Below are positions 25,230 through 38,099 of a stretch of 64,000 nucleotides of DNA, piece after piece. The position numbers and the translations under genes were made by a program. The stretch is from NCBI RefSeq assembly GCF_964355755.1, contig NC_092678.1:15233881-15297880 (forward strand), in the 5' to 3' direction. The notes below the pieces were generated by a model. The model was not told the origin of the DNA. It ran no database searches and worked only from the letters and a program-made list of their open reading frames with translations. The DNA comes from Antedon mediterranea (lineage: Eukaryota; Animalia; Echinodermata). Within the stretch, counting starts at the first letter, position 1. Every line of letters begins with the position of its first letter.

Positions 25230-27600
25230 CTAGATCACTAGACGATATTCTCAATATACTATTAATATCGAGGGAATATCATGCCACAATAATGATGGGT
25301 GATTTTAACATTATTTTACTTAGGCACGCATTGACCGATTTTGTAAATGATTTTGTAGATGATGTCGCATTGCTTTTACCCGTCGATTTCAAGACCCACT
25401 AGAATACAAAACAACACACCTTCATTAATTGATAACATTTTCTCCAATGCACTTTCTGATAAATCTTATCTGGTATACTAATATCAGACATAACTGATCA
25501 ATTGACAGTATGTCAAATTACCCACTCCGTGCATGACAAACATATCAACGCAAAGACCGGTAATATAGAACCTCATAAATATGCAATAAAAGAACGAAAT
25601 ATATTTAAACTACATGATGACTTATTACCTGCTGTTGATTTCATTGATGTCTATGCAAGGACTGAAATTCTGATGATGCTTACAACACTTTCAAAGAATT
25701 AAATAATAAAAATAAAAAAAAAATGCAAAACCACCAGAAAATTATAAAATGTATAAAAAGTTAAATAAATAAATAACAACCATGGATGATCTCAGGACTA
25801 TTAAAGTATAGCAAAATGAAACATGTGTTGTACAACAAATTTATAAAACATCCCTCGTCTAAAAATAAGGATACGTATAAATAGTTTAATATAAAAAGTC
25901 ATTTATGCATACATGTAAAAATTTAAAAAAATCATATTATGAAAATGTTTTTAACAATACTAAAGGAAATTAAAAAAAAACATGGAATATTATAAATGAT
26001 ATAGTATATCCAGGTGGAGGCAAAAATAATGTTCAATCCACTTTTGGTGACAAAATCATAGAGGGTTGTGAGCCTATTGCAAACCACATTAACGATTATT
26101 TTATCAATGTTGGTTTCGGGGTACGAGACAGTATTGAGCCATCAACGGCAAAATACTCCGTTTACCTGCTAAACAGGCAAATTTAAACTCTATGTTTTTC
26201 TACAATGTAAATGAGGAGGAAGTGTTAAAAGTGATTCACTTGATGCAAACAAAACACCTGGTTTTGATGAAATTTCACAAAAGGTAGTCAAGGCAGTTGG
26301 TGATGCTGTTGTGAAGCCCTTGATTTACATATTTAACTTATATGTTCATTCTGGAATAATACCGGAACAGATAAAAATTGCAAAAGTAATCCCTATATAC
26401 AAAAAAGGAGACCGTCAATTAACCTCGAATTATCGCCCAATATCACTACTACCACCAATTTTTCTTTTGGAAAAGATTCATTACAGATTGTATACTTTAA
26501 AACATACAATATACTAAATGATTGGTAATATGGCTCCCAAAACAATCATTCAACCTCCCACGCTATAATTGATTTGGTCCACAAAATACTTAAGGCATTT
26601 GAAAATAAAGAGTTCGTAATTGCCACATTTATGGATTTGTCAAAGGCATTTGGCATCATTGACCACAGTATACTACTGAACAAGCTATTCCACGATGGTA
26701 TAAGAGGTGTTACACTAAAATGGTTCAGTAACTATTTAAAATCACGAAAACAATAGGTTTCTATAAAATGCTTCCTCGTCTAATATTAGGGAAACTAGTA
26801 TTGGTGTTCCACAAGGGTCCGTGTTGGGTCTCTTATTATTTCTTCTTGTATATGTGACCGATATATGTAACTCAAGCACACACATTGAATTGATTAGCTT
26901 TACCGATGATACAACAGGGTTGAACGCATTTGAAAACACGTTGAATGTGAAACTAGGTAGGATGAATATGTGGTTCAAAGCTAATAGACTTCTGTTAAAC
27001 ACCAGCAAAACAAATTACGTAATCTTTAAAACTGCCCAAAGGCGTAGAATTACAACCAACATTGAATTGAAAATGAATAACACTACATTTGAAAAAAAAA
27101 AACGTAACATGTCTAGGGGTTGTAATAAATGAGAACCTTTGCTGGAAAAATCATATAAGGCTTAAAAGAAAAGGAACCGCTAGGTCTATTGGAATATTGA
27201 TAAAAACTAGACATTTTATTAAACTATTATTTTAACAAATCTGTATAATACACTAGTTCTACCGCACCTCCAGTATAAACACATTAGTTGGGGCAGTAAA
27301 TTATGATCGTACACTAAAATACCTTCTTAAGCTCCAGAAAAAAAGCTGCTAGAATTAATTTATTGAAAAAGACATGGCAACTTTATGAGCCATTGTTTAA
27401 GTAATTGAATATCATACTTAAAATAAAAAATATCAACAGAGTTACCGTCATAGGTTTCATGGCCCAGATTATTATAAACAATGTTTTACCCAGACGAATT
27501 CAACTGAAAATACTACCCATAATCTTCGAAATATGTGTAACATAGAACAACCATACTCTAGGTTAACGTCTGGTCAACATTTTATCAGCCAAAAACAACA
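25230..27600 (+). mobile_element. Degenerate CR1-group LINE ORF2 (APE endonuclease plus RT)
   Basis: GDFN, SLIDNIF, AKVIPIYKKGD..SNYRPISLL, FMDLSKAF, GVPQGSVLG, FTDDT; many stops and frameshifts. Confidence 0.88.
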
Positions 27601-29113
27601 AGTTTACGTAATTAACAGGTAAATTAATCTGATTAGGCCTACATTTCGTCTGGAAAATCGTCGCGATCGAAACTAAATAAAGATTTCAAACCACGAGTAC
27701 GCATTATGCATGATGCTAATTGGGATTGTTTACAACTCATCAAGGTTGAGAAGGTGTTTTCACACAGATCGCGAGGAAGTTTAATGATTATGCACACATA
27801 GTAGCCAAACAAGCGTGTTGCATTATGAGATATGTTTTGATCGAAAACTTTAACTAGAAGTCAAAGTTATTTTTTGAACAAAAAAAACGTCTGTATTTCA
27901 GTAAATGTAGGCTACAGCATACGATACATTTACTAATGTTATATAATTATTTCGGTATGTATTATATATACATACTATATACATTGTTTTAAAATGCGAA
28001 CAAAAAAATAAATATTAGATTAAATTGTTTTTATAATATAATTTAGTTTAACTTACAATAGTTATAAATTAAATACAAGTGTACAAAACAGGTGAAAAAC
28101 ATCATCATCGCGTTGTAAAAATTCAAGAATTGTCAGCGCGTACCTATTTTTCCACTAACTACAATAACGTACTTTTTGAACCATTTAGGCCTAACCGTTT
28201 TAAGGATTTTTAACGTTTATTTTTACCCCGTTTTTCTGCAAAATCGTTTAATCCGATCAACTCAATGCAACTCGCCGTAACGTTACGTTGACAGGAAAAC
28301 AGGCTTAAAGAATTTATAAAATCCCGAGAAAAAACGTTCCAAGACTTACATTTTAGATAAATGTAGATAATAAATTTTCTTAATCTTATTTTTACTCCAT
28401 TTTTAAATAAACATGTTTTTTAACTTGCAAAAAAATCGTCAGAATAAGTACACTCTGTAAAATACGTCGTTTGTTACTGATTTATCTTATCTATAAAAGA
28501 AGAGCATTGCAACGAAAACACTAGCGGTGTGTTTAATCTTAAGTTATTTCCACAAATAAACTTACTTTCAATACACATAATTAGGTTGCCACTTATGGCA
28601 ATAACACGTTTAAATAGGACTTTATGGATAAGAAATCGTGGTAATTGACAAATAATATGACAAAGGTTGTGATATAATTATGTCGATGCTAATTATATTG
28701 ATATCATCTTAATTTTTATAAATTACATTCGACACTATCTGACCAAGTAATGTTCTTTAGAGCTGCTGTAATGTTTTCTTATTACATTAGGTTTCTCTCT
28801 AAAAGATAAAATGACACAATCATACAGTAAAATCCATACAAGTCGTCGTGTGTGCCGCCAACTGTGTCTGTCAACTTAAAGATATATTGTCCCCCAAAAC
28901 CATGAAAAATAAGGGTTCATAAAAAAAAATCATGGAAAATATTTAATTACTGTTTTTTTAACATAATGCCAAAAACAAAAAGCCAAATTTCGTTCGTTAG
29001 TATAATATCTGTATTGATGAGTGAATCGTTATTTTGATGTTATCAATGAAGACTACGTGACTAAAACAATATTTAAAAAAAAACAATATATAGGTGTAAA
29101 TGAAATAAAATAA

Positions 29114-30705
29114 AATCAATCAATCAATCAAATCTTTATTCGTTCCATATAAAATAAATTGTACATGGAAAAATTGTTTTCCTCGACAGAAAAATATGGT
29201 AAAACATTCATAATTACATCATACATAGAACTTTAAAATATATATTGCATGTGCGCTATTATGATCTAACAATCTTTGATTTAAAAATATGAGTTGAATT
29301 TGGTACAAAAGACAGTCGGTTTCTTGACGTATCAGCTCTTGGAGCCCGTAACCGGCCTGACTTGTTCTTAAAAAATCTCATATGTAATGGATGTTTCTTA
29401 TCTTCTAAAATTTTACTTAATTTACTTAGGACATGTTTTTCATAAAGATATTTTAAATCATTAACCGTACAACCAATTATATTTGATGCTATCTTAGTAA
29501 TTCTAATGAGACCTTTCTTGTGTGTTTCATTTAAATTACCGAACCAAGCAATAAAAGAGATAACTAGTACTGATTGAATAACTGTTTCATAGAATAATTT
29601 TAAAGTACCACAGCTAACATGAAATTTATTTAGCTTTCTTAGGAAATATAACCTTTGGTGACCTTTCTTAATTATCTCGGCCGTATTTTTTTCAAAACTA
29701 AGTTGATCATCAATATGTGTACCAAGATATTTGGTTTCATGAACACGTTCAATTGTCTGATCATTAACTATCAGATAACTTTTTTCATTTTTCTTTTTCC
29801 TAAAATCCCATATAATTATGATTATATGACATGCTACATGAAGATCGACATTCACTAGTATATATTGTAAATAAACTTGGTGACAGACAACACCCCTGGG
29901 GTGCACCAGTGTTGATCCTTCTAATCTCTGAGATAGATTTACCAACTTTTAACATACTGTAGCCGATTTGTAAGAAAATCACCAACCCATAGAGCAAGGT
30001 AATGATTAACCTTACATTCAGACATTTTATTCATTAAAATATGAGGATGCATCAAATTAAATGCAGATGAAAAGTCTATGAATAGCTCTCGAGCATAGGT
30101 CCCCTTGATGTGAAACCACCAGGTCTAACAAGGTTATAATAGCATCATCGACCCCTCTATTACATTATATGCAAATTGGTTATTATCCATAAAATCACTA
30201 CATTCAGACATTAGTTGACTTCTAACAATTTTCTCAAGGATCTTCATTAGAATAGATGTTAATGCCACTGGTCTGAAGTCGTTAATGATTTTAGGGTTAC
30301 ACATTTTCGAAACAGGTATAATCTCAGAGACCTTCCATAGATCAGGTTCCACCCCCGTGTTCAGTGAACACTGGAAAAGCTGGCTTATTATTGGTGAAAG
30401 CTGAGAGGCACATGATCTAATCAAACGCCCTGATACACCGTCCGGACCCTTTGCTTTACTAACATTTACCCTTTCCATATATTTCTTAACATCATCTACA
30501 TCATTTTTTTTTAATTTTATTGCACTTTTATCATTCATTTCATTTTTAAACACTTCATAAGATGCAGTCATTTCACATTTAAAATTTATTTCATAATCTA
30601 GAATAAAAAAATATTAAAATCATTTGGTTTAAAACTGTGTTCCATTTCATAATTTTTCTTCCCCATACCTCTAATTTTCCTAACTCCATTCCAGGCCAAA
30701 GACGT
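29114..30705 (-). mobile_element. 5'-truncated degenerate Rex1/Babar-like LINE with a (TTGA)n tail
   Basis: KAKGPDG, NDFRPVALTS..MK..EK, GAPQGCCLSPSLFTIYT, KKGHQRLYFLRKL, RLSFVP. Confidence 0.85.
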
Positions 30706-31785
30706 AGATCATACACTATCGCAACAAGTGATGTTCTTTAGCAGCTGCTGTAAAGTGTTCTTATTTCATTCGGTTTCTCTCTAAAAGATGAAATGACACA
30801 ATCAAACAGTACATTTCATACACGCAACAAGTCGTCGTGTGTGTCAACCTAAACATATATTGTCCCTCAAAAACATGAATAATTACTGTTCATAAAATCA
30901 GACTAAATAATCTATTTGGAAACTTGTTAGTTAATGCCAAAATAGGCTAATTTCTTGTTGATATAATACCTGTATTGATGAGCGAAACGTCATTATGATT
31001 TTATTATTACAGACTACATGATTAAACAATACTTGAAAAACAATCTAAATGTTAAAATAAAATAAAATAAATAATATAAAGAACTAGATCTATGGTGACT
31101 CTTATTATTTGTTTTACTTGGCTGCAGTTAGATAAAAGAGTCTAATCTGTATACGTTAGACAATCATCATATAACCTCGTAAGCATACATGAACTATTGA
31201 CAATGACAGGCATTATTATACGTTTTAACTAAATCAACAGGGAAATACTGGTGAATTATGGTCTGTATACATACACTATATGGCAATGGTTTTTGTTTGT
31301 TTTAACGAAGCTAAGCAGAGAGTTACTATAAAAGAGTACAAAGTCTAAATTAGTTAGAACATCTTCATACAGTATCGTCAGCGTACATAACTGTGGAAAA
31401 GTTGAAGAATTATGTGTAAGTTGTTGTGTAAGTTGTTCTGTTCAAACTGTTTATTTTGAAATTATCAGTAGGCAAGTATAGCATTTTACATTTATTGATA
31501 GCAAGTATTTATGTTGAAACAGATTATCTAGTTTCTATATGAATGTAGGTGTACAACGTATAAGCCTACGCTGACTTAAGTATAACATGCTGTTCGGGAC
31601 TATAATTATGGTTTCCATGACGTTTACACCTTAAAGGCATAATGTTGGCTTAAGTATGAAAGGTCTACATGGATTTTGTTGCAGTGAAATATCTTGATTC
31701 TAATAGATTCTAGGCCGTTCAGCACTACATTGCTTCCTGATCAGTGTGATATATTTCTGTTTGAAAGAAAGGAATTAAATTAAAT

Positions 31786-33207
31786 TTTGGCACTTGGCGG
31801 ATAACCCCTTGTTATTGTCAGGATATTTTTTTTTTATCTTATTCTTATTTCTTTCCTGGAATTTTTTTGCACGTGTATCTCTAATTCTGGTCAACATAAG
31901 TTTTTATATCTTTTTTATAAGGTTGGCCTGTAGCTGTAGATGTGCAAGACACTTTGTTATATGACGTCAGAGTCGCGCAGCGCAAGTTACGCGCGATTTT
32001 ATGACATTTTATTGTTACTCATACATTCTGAAAAAAAAAATTATTTTTCAATGAAACTTAACGAAAGTGTATTTCATAATATGGAGCAACTTTTGACATG
32101 ATAAAAATGGCGTGCTACGCAAAAAATTACGCAAGTACGAGTTTTTGAAATTTCAAAATGCGCAAAATTAATTTTTAATCAATTTCGCGTACATTTTTCA
32201 GGCCATTTTGAGCATTTCAAAATTTTCTAAATTGTTTGCGTTTTGCGCACGCACTTACGCGCAGCTCGTAAAAAGCGTAGAAAAATGTTTTTTGAAATTT
32301 ATTTTTGTTTTTCATATCTTAATATGTAGAAGATCCCGTGCCCGTTATACTTCAAGAATCGTGTGCTAAAAAATGGGTAATTTAATGCAAATTTGTGCAA
32401 AAATATACCTAATTTTAATCAGTTATAGCTCCTCAGGATGGCTAGTGACCCACATATTTTAAATGTTATTATGGAAGCTGATGAGTTGTAGTTATCAATT
32501 CATGTACAATTTATATCTATCGGATCTTTTGACGTCACCATATGGGCACTCGAATTTAAAAAATAAGATTTTTTCGCTTTAGTACTAATTAATCCCATTT
32601 CATAGAGGACATTGCGCTTATGCTTTCCCCATATCGTCCTATATTTGAATATGTTTTTTCTCAATAAATTCTCTTTCACATGAGTTAAAACAATTTTAAT
32701 TGTTATTACGTGATCAAATAAAAAAAAGTAGAATAACGTGACTTGCTTAATTTTATCTATACAGTACATTTCAATCTGTCATTAGCTCCTATGAATGAAA
32801 AGTGACTTGCATGATTATAACGTATTTTGGAAGCTGTTGAATTGTAGATATGAATTCATATACACATTTTGTCTATTTGATGTCATGACGTCATCGTATG
32901 GCCAGTTAAATTCAAAAAGTCAGATTTTCATCTCTTTCGTAAATGTTTGTCGCGTCTTGTTAAAATTGGATTAAATGACGGGTCTTTTAATTCGTCTATA
33001 CTACAATAATTATATATAACATATACAGAGTATTCCGTAAATACTGTAATATGCTATATGCTACAAAATAGGTACAATTCAGCACTGTAACATATTTAAT
33101 TCATGTCATAGGATGGCATAAGAATTGTCGGCGTTCATACGTATGTGCATGTTGAGTTTGCGCAGATAACCCGAACTCGTCAAAGTGACGAGTTCAAATA
33201 ATAGTTT
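31786..33207 (+). mobile_element. Helitron/Helentron-like non-autonomous element
   Basis: gataaccc repeated near both ends; perfect 3' hairpin gaactcgtca-aag-tgacgagttc (33173-33195) just before the end; internal gcgc-rich motifs resemble 60700-61100. Confidence 0.5.
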
Positions 33208-34567
33208 ACAGTTTATGCTGTTCGCCTTTCAAATGCATTTATGCAACTATCCGAGTAATTATAAAGTTATAATTTTCATTTTTTAAATAAAAATAATGTT
33301 AACAGTCCACAATGGTTTTTGTTTTTATAATACACCTTTATACATATATAATTTATCTCGAGCGAAATCACGCCTATTAAAACAAACAAATTTCGAAGAA
33401 CGTAATATAATAATAAATTTACAAAAGTGAATTCTGTATTATAATAAAGTATTAAAAAAGTCGAGTTTTCCTAGACTGGCGAGATCATCAAGAAAATCTG
33501 TGTTATGTAATAATTATATTTTAGTATTTTTCTGAATTATACCTCTGAAATACACATCTAATGCATATAATCTGTATTCTGGTTTTGTTTTTTTATGAAT
33601 ATCTGGTTATTCATTTTCTAATAATAATATAATAATATATGTACTTCCTCCAACATTCACAAAATAACAAAAAAATTAATGTACGAAAAACAACATACAG
33701 GAGGACAATAACCTACACATTCCGTTTTACAATCCCAACTTATCATAGGCAACCTTAAGTTAGTTTCCATTTGTGAGATATGAACAAAGTAGTAGTAGTA
33801 GTAGTAGTAGTAGTATCTTCATCTGAAGACGCATTCCGAAATACTTAACTTTTCATAAATCGTCTCAACATCGAATCGCGAGTATATTCGCGAGAATCAA
33901 ACATTCATGGGTTCTGATTTGTTGCATATTTTTTTCACGTCATAGAAAGTAGATTAACATATATATACGCATGCGCATAGTAAATACATTTGCATAATGA
34001 AAACCAGCTTAAAGCGATATAACAATTTCGTAATTCAATTTCCAAATTCAGGATTGTTTTACTTATTCCCTATTCCAGCAGAATTATTCTTTTTCTAATT
34101 AGGCAGAAACTATTAAAGGGCATTATCTAGTCAAATGAATATGCATAAGACAATGACGTTATTCTTGTTGCTTTTTCGTTGTCACGAATGTCATTACATT
34201 TCATTTCAAAAGACATTTATTTTCCTCCATTGCAATACAATACAAAATAAAAAACAGAAATGGTAAGGTATATTAAAAATGAAAAAGATGATTGGAAATT
34301 AAGAGAAACAAACAAGACAAAAAAAAAAAATTAAATAAATAAATAAATAAATCTAAAAAAATAGATCAATCACATTGTAGAATCAGAAAATAAAACTAAA
34401 CAACCACAGTAGATCAATGTTCAGCAGCATAAATCAAATTGCGACATTCGATCGTTGTCGTTTTAATAGTTTGACATTAGGTGTTGTTGTTGTGGTTACT
34501 GTAAATAACTTGGAGTTATTAAAATAAAAAGCACACGTACGTTGCTACCTCAATCAGAGTGCCGCCA

Positions 34568-35762
34568 ACGATATTTTTTTCGTACATAAGTTTGGGACCC
34601 CTCATGAAACGTCACAAAATACACATGAATAATCCATCAGTTAAATTTGTTGTTCCATTTGCACCCAAGCGTATAGATTGATTACAACTGCAATGCGATT
34701 CTAGGCCTATATCTCCGCTGTGGTTGCGGTGTGCGATTTTATAAAAGAATAGCGGCGTTTTATGTGGATTGTCAAAATAAGTACAGCCTTTAGTTCATGG
34801 TGTTTTTTAATAGAATTTATTATCAACGAATTACGTGTTTAAATTGTAATTTCTATTAATAATAAATAGTGTTTTGCGTGATGGTAGTGTTAGGCTATTG
34901 AGAACGGATTTCTTTTGGCATCAAAGCTGAAAGCTGGAGGTGAACACACCTCACATGCTGTAACAGCAGCCATTCTTCTTTTGAACGAACAGGTCGAAGA
35001 GCGAGAGAGAGCTCGCTAATATGGAACGCCAGTAACCATTCTCTTCTCATGCGGTGACGTCATGCTCTCATACTATTTCATTATGCTCGTATACTCTTTC
35101 ATTAAGCTCTTATTATCATTATCTTATACTCATTCCTAATGCTCTTATGCGCATACATATTGCTCTTATACTCATTCCCAATGCTCTTATACTCTTTCTT
35201 AATGCTCTTATACTCTTTCTTAATGCTCTTATACTCTTTCTTAATGCTCTTATACTCTTTCTTAATGCTCTTATACTCTTTATTAATGCTCTTATACTCT
35301 TTCTTAATGCTCTTATACTCTTTCCTAATGCTCTTATACTCTTTCTTAATGCTCTTATACTCTTTCTTAATGCTCTTATACTCTTTCTTAATGCTCTTAC
35401 ACTCTTTCTTAATGCTCTTACACTCTTTCCTAATGCTCTTATACTCTTTCTTAATGCTCTTATACTCATTCCTAATGCTCTTACACTCTTTCTTAATGTT
35501 TTTATACTCTTTCTTAATGCTCTTATACTCTTTCTTAATGACCTTATACTCTTTCGTCATGCTCTTATGTGACTTATCATGATCTTATACTCTTTCGTCA
35601 TTCTAAAATATGGGACGTATCATGCTCTTATGAGGTAACTGAAAATGCTTTGACACATTCTCTACGCACGTGGCGCACTACTTTAAATATAAAATAATCG
35701 ACGGCTGTTTATTTTGTGACGTTTCATGAGGGGTCCCCAAATTATGTACGAAAAAAAATCGC
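34568..35762. mobile_element. Mutator-like MITE (same family as 16410-17317), 9-bp TSD GTGCCGCCA, carrying a minisatellite
   Basis: Same TIRs; TSD at 34559-34567 and 35763-35771. Confidence 0.88.
35105..35600. repeat. 21-bp minisatellite (TAATGCTCTTATACTCTTTCT), about 20 copies
   Basis: Direct reading; explains the four overlapping repetitive ORFs. Confidence 0.95.
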
Positions 35763-38099
35763 GTGCCGCCAGTGCGGTGATACAGTTGCACATGTGCTCA
35801 TCGCGTACTACATCCGGGGCAGTTATCATGGTAACGTTCAAAGGTCAGCAAATAATATATGAATATTACATTTACAGTGTGTATCGGCCTCAACAGCGAT
35901 CTTTTTTACGTTTATCTGTTTATCTGAAAATATTGTTTTTGTTAAATACAGTTTTAAGAAGGTGCACAATCATATTAACAACTTTTCTGAATTGTGTTGA
36001 CGCAATGTTCCCCAAAAACTATAATTACTTTCTTTGCAAACGTATTAAGGCAAACTCTACAAATGTGCACCACGTATAGCTACCTTGTAATGTTTACATA
36101 AGCCTATATTGTTAACCATCGACAAACACAATAAACGGACTTTCCAATCCAGTCCGATAGACTATGCTAAAGCACTGCTGTCAATCAAATAAACACGCTA
36201 TTTGAACACCATGTATGTATCAAGAATTAAATGTGAGATTAATCCAGATATTAAATTGTCTTAATCCTTTTTTACTCCATGTATAAATAAATACTTTTTA
36301 TTTTAACTTTAAAAAAATCGTCAGAACAAGGACAGTTTGTAAAATACGTCTCTGATTCTCTGATTTATCTTATCTAAAGAAGAGACTTAAAACGAAAATA
36401 TTGGTGGTGTATTTAAACTTATAATATATAGTGCGTGTTTATAATAGAACTTTCAAAATTTTGTTAATTAACGATAGTTATAATGATAGCATATCTTTCG
36501 CAATGGACTATCGTAGGTACGAAAAGAAGGTACAAACATGGCCTTGATTTGAAACGATAAAGATGAGGAAATCTGTGTACTATCGCACTAACTTTGTTAC
36601 TGTTCGTTAGAGCAGCTGAAAAATGTTATGACAGAATCAAACAGCAACATACATACACGTATTAATTCGTCTTAAAACAATTAGCAGATGTAACACTTAC
36701 AATAGAGAAACAAACATACAATACTGTATAACCTATTGAATCAATTTTCAATCATTTGTGAACACCATGTATCACCAACGCCTCACATGTGTTTTTTTTT
36801 TCACTTAACCGCAATCATGAAAAGAGAGTAAACGTTTTGTAAAGGCTGTGGTTATTGTCTCTCATCTCTATTATCGAATCAACATACGGGTAAATTGGAC
36901 CGTCTGTTTAATAGTAACAACTTACTAGTACCAAGGTAACACTAGTGCAACGTAGGCCACACCGGATCACACACCATCGAATCATTAGAAAGGTTTATAT
37001 TATGTATATTCAATTCATTAGATTATCGCCATGTCCGTACTATTTAGTATACCGTACATTATACATTAAACTGTGAGTCGTTCGGTATGTGTAGCCTACA
37101 CTGGCAATGAGTCTGTTAACTTAAAAATGTATTTTACCCCCAAAATATGAACAATGAAGGTAAATAAGTAATTTGCAGTTTTAATAAAGTTAATCACTTT
37201 CGTAGTATGTCACTTAAAAAGACAAAATAAACGGTAACATTCAATCAAAATCCTATTGACATATTGGCAAAACAAAAATTGCCCATTTGTTTGTTGATAT
37301 CTGGATTGAGGAGCGAAACGCTATTATGATGTTATCATTAAGACTATGCAGGACTAAAACTATGTTTTAAAAAAAACAGTCAATATGTTTAACTAAAATA
37401 AAGTAAATACCTACAGCATATATTGTGAATTATTGTATGTATACATTACTTATATTTTGCAACAATACCAAAGAAGGGTAAATATTGGTTTTATCTTAGC
37501 TACAGTTAGATACCAAACTACAAAGTCTAATTTGTATAATTTTTACAATCCTCATACTGCATCGTCAGCATGCATACAGGTACTGTTGAAATGACATCAA
37601 CTTTTGCGTAAGTTTTTCTGTTTAAACTGATTGTTTTAAAACTATCATTAGACAAGTTCGTATACGATATACATTGATTGAAAGCAATGTATTTATGTTG
37701 GAGTTAAACGAGTAATATATGAGAAACAATATTTAATTGTAACATTCACAAAAGTGAATACTGTATTATAATAAGGTATTCGTGGAAAAACTATTCTTAT
37801 TGATGTACTTAACAGTTCTATCATTATTTAAAAATAAATGTTAACTTTTTTGTTAAACCAATTGTCAAGTACTTACTTGTTAGTTCTGTCATTGTATGAT
37901 TGAATGATCTGAAAAAAAATAACCAAAATGGGGAATGACAAAAGTCAAATTTTCCTTAAATGTTGTGTTCCACACGTTTCATATAATTAGTATTACATTA
38001 CATTTTTGTTAATGATAACTTTATATTTCAGATTTATGTCAACATGCACAGTATATATTATTGTTGCATCCAAAGCCATTAATTATATTATCTTAACAG

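Noticed and set aside
35054-35582. Four overlapping repetitive ORFs (LFLNALI, KKEYKSI and others)
   Set aside because: They are readings of a 21-bp minisatellite inside a MITE; no splice or gene context.
35105-35600. Regular repeats as a CRISPR array (also 24219-24345 and 12255-12330)
   Set aside because: Head-to-tail repeats with no unique spacers, no cas genes, eukaryotic context.
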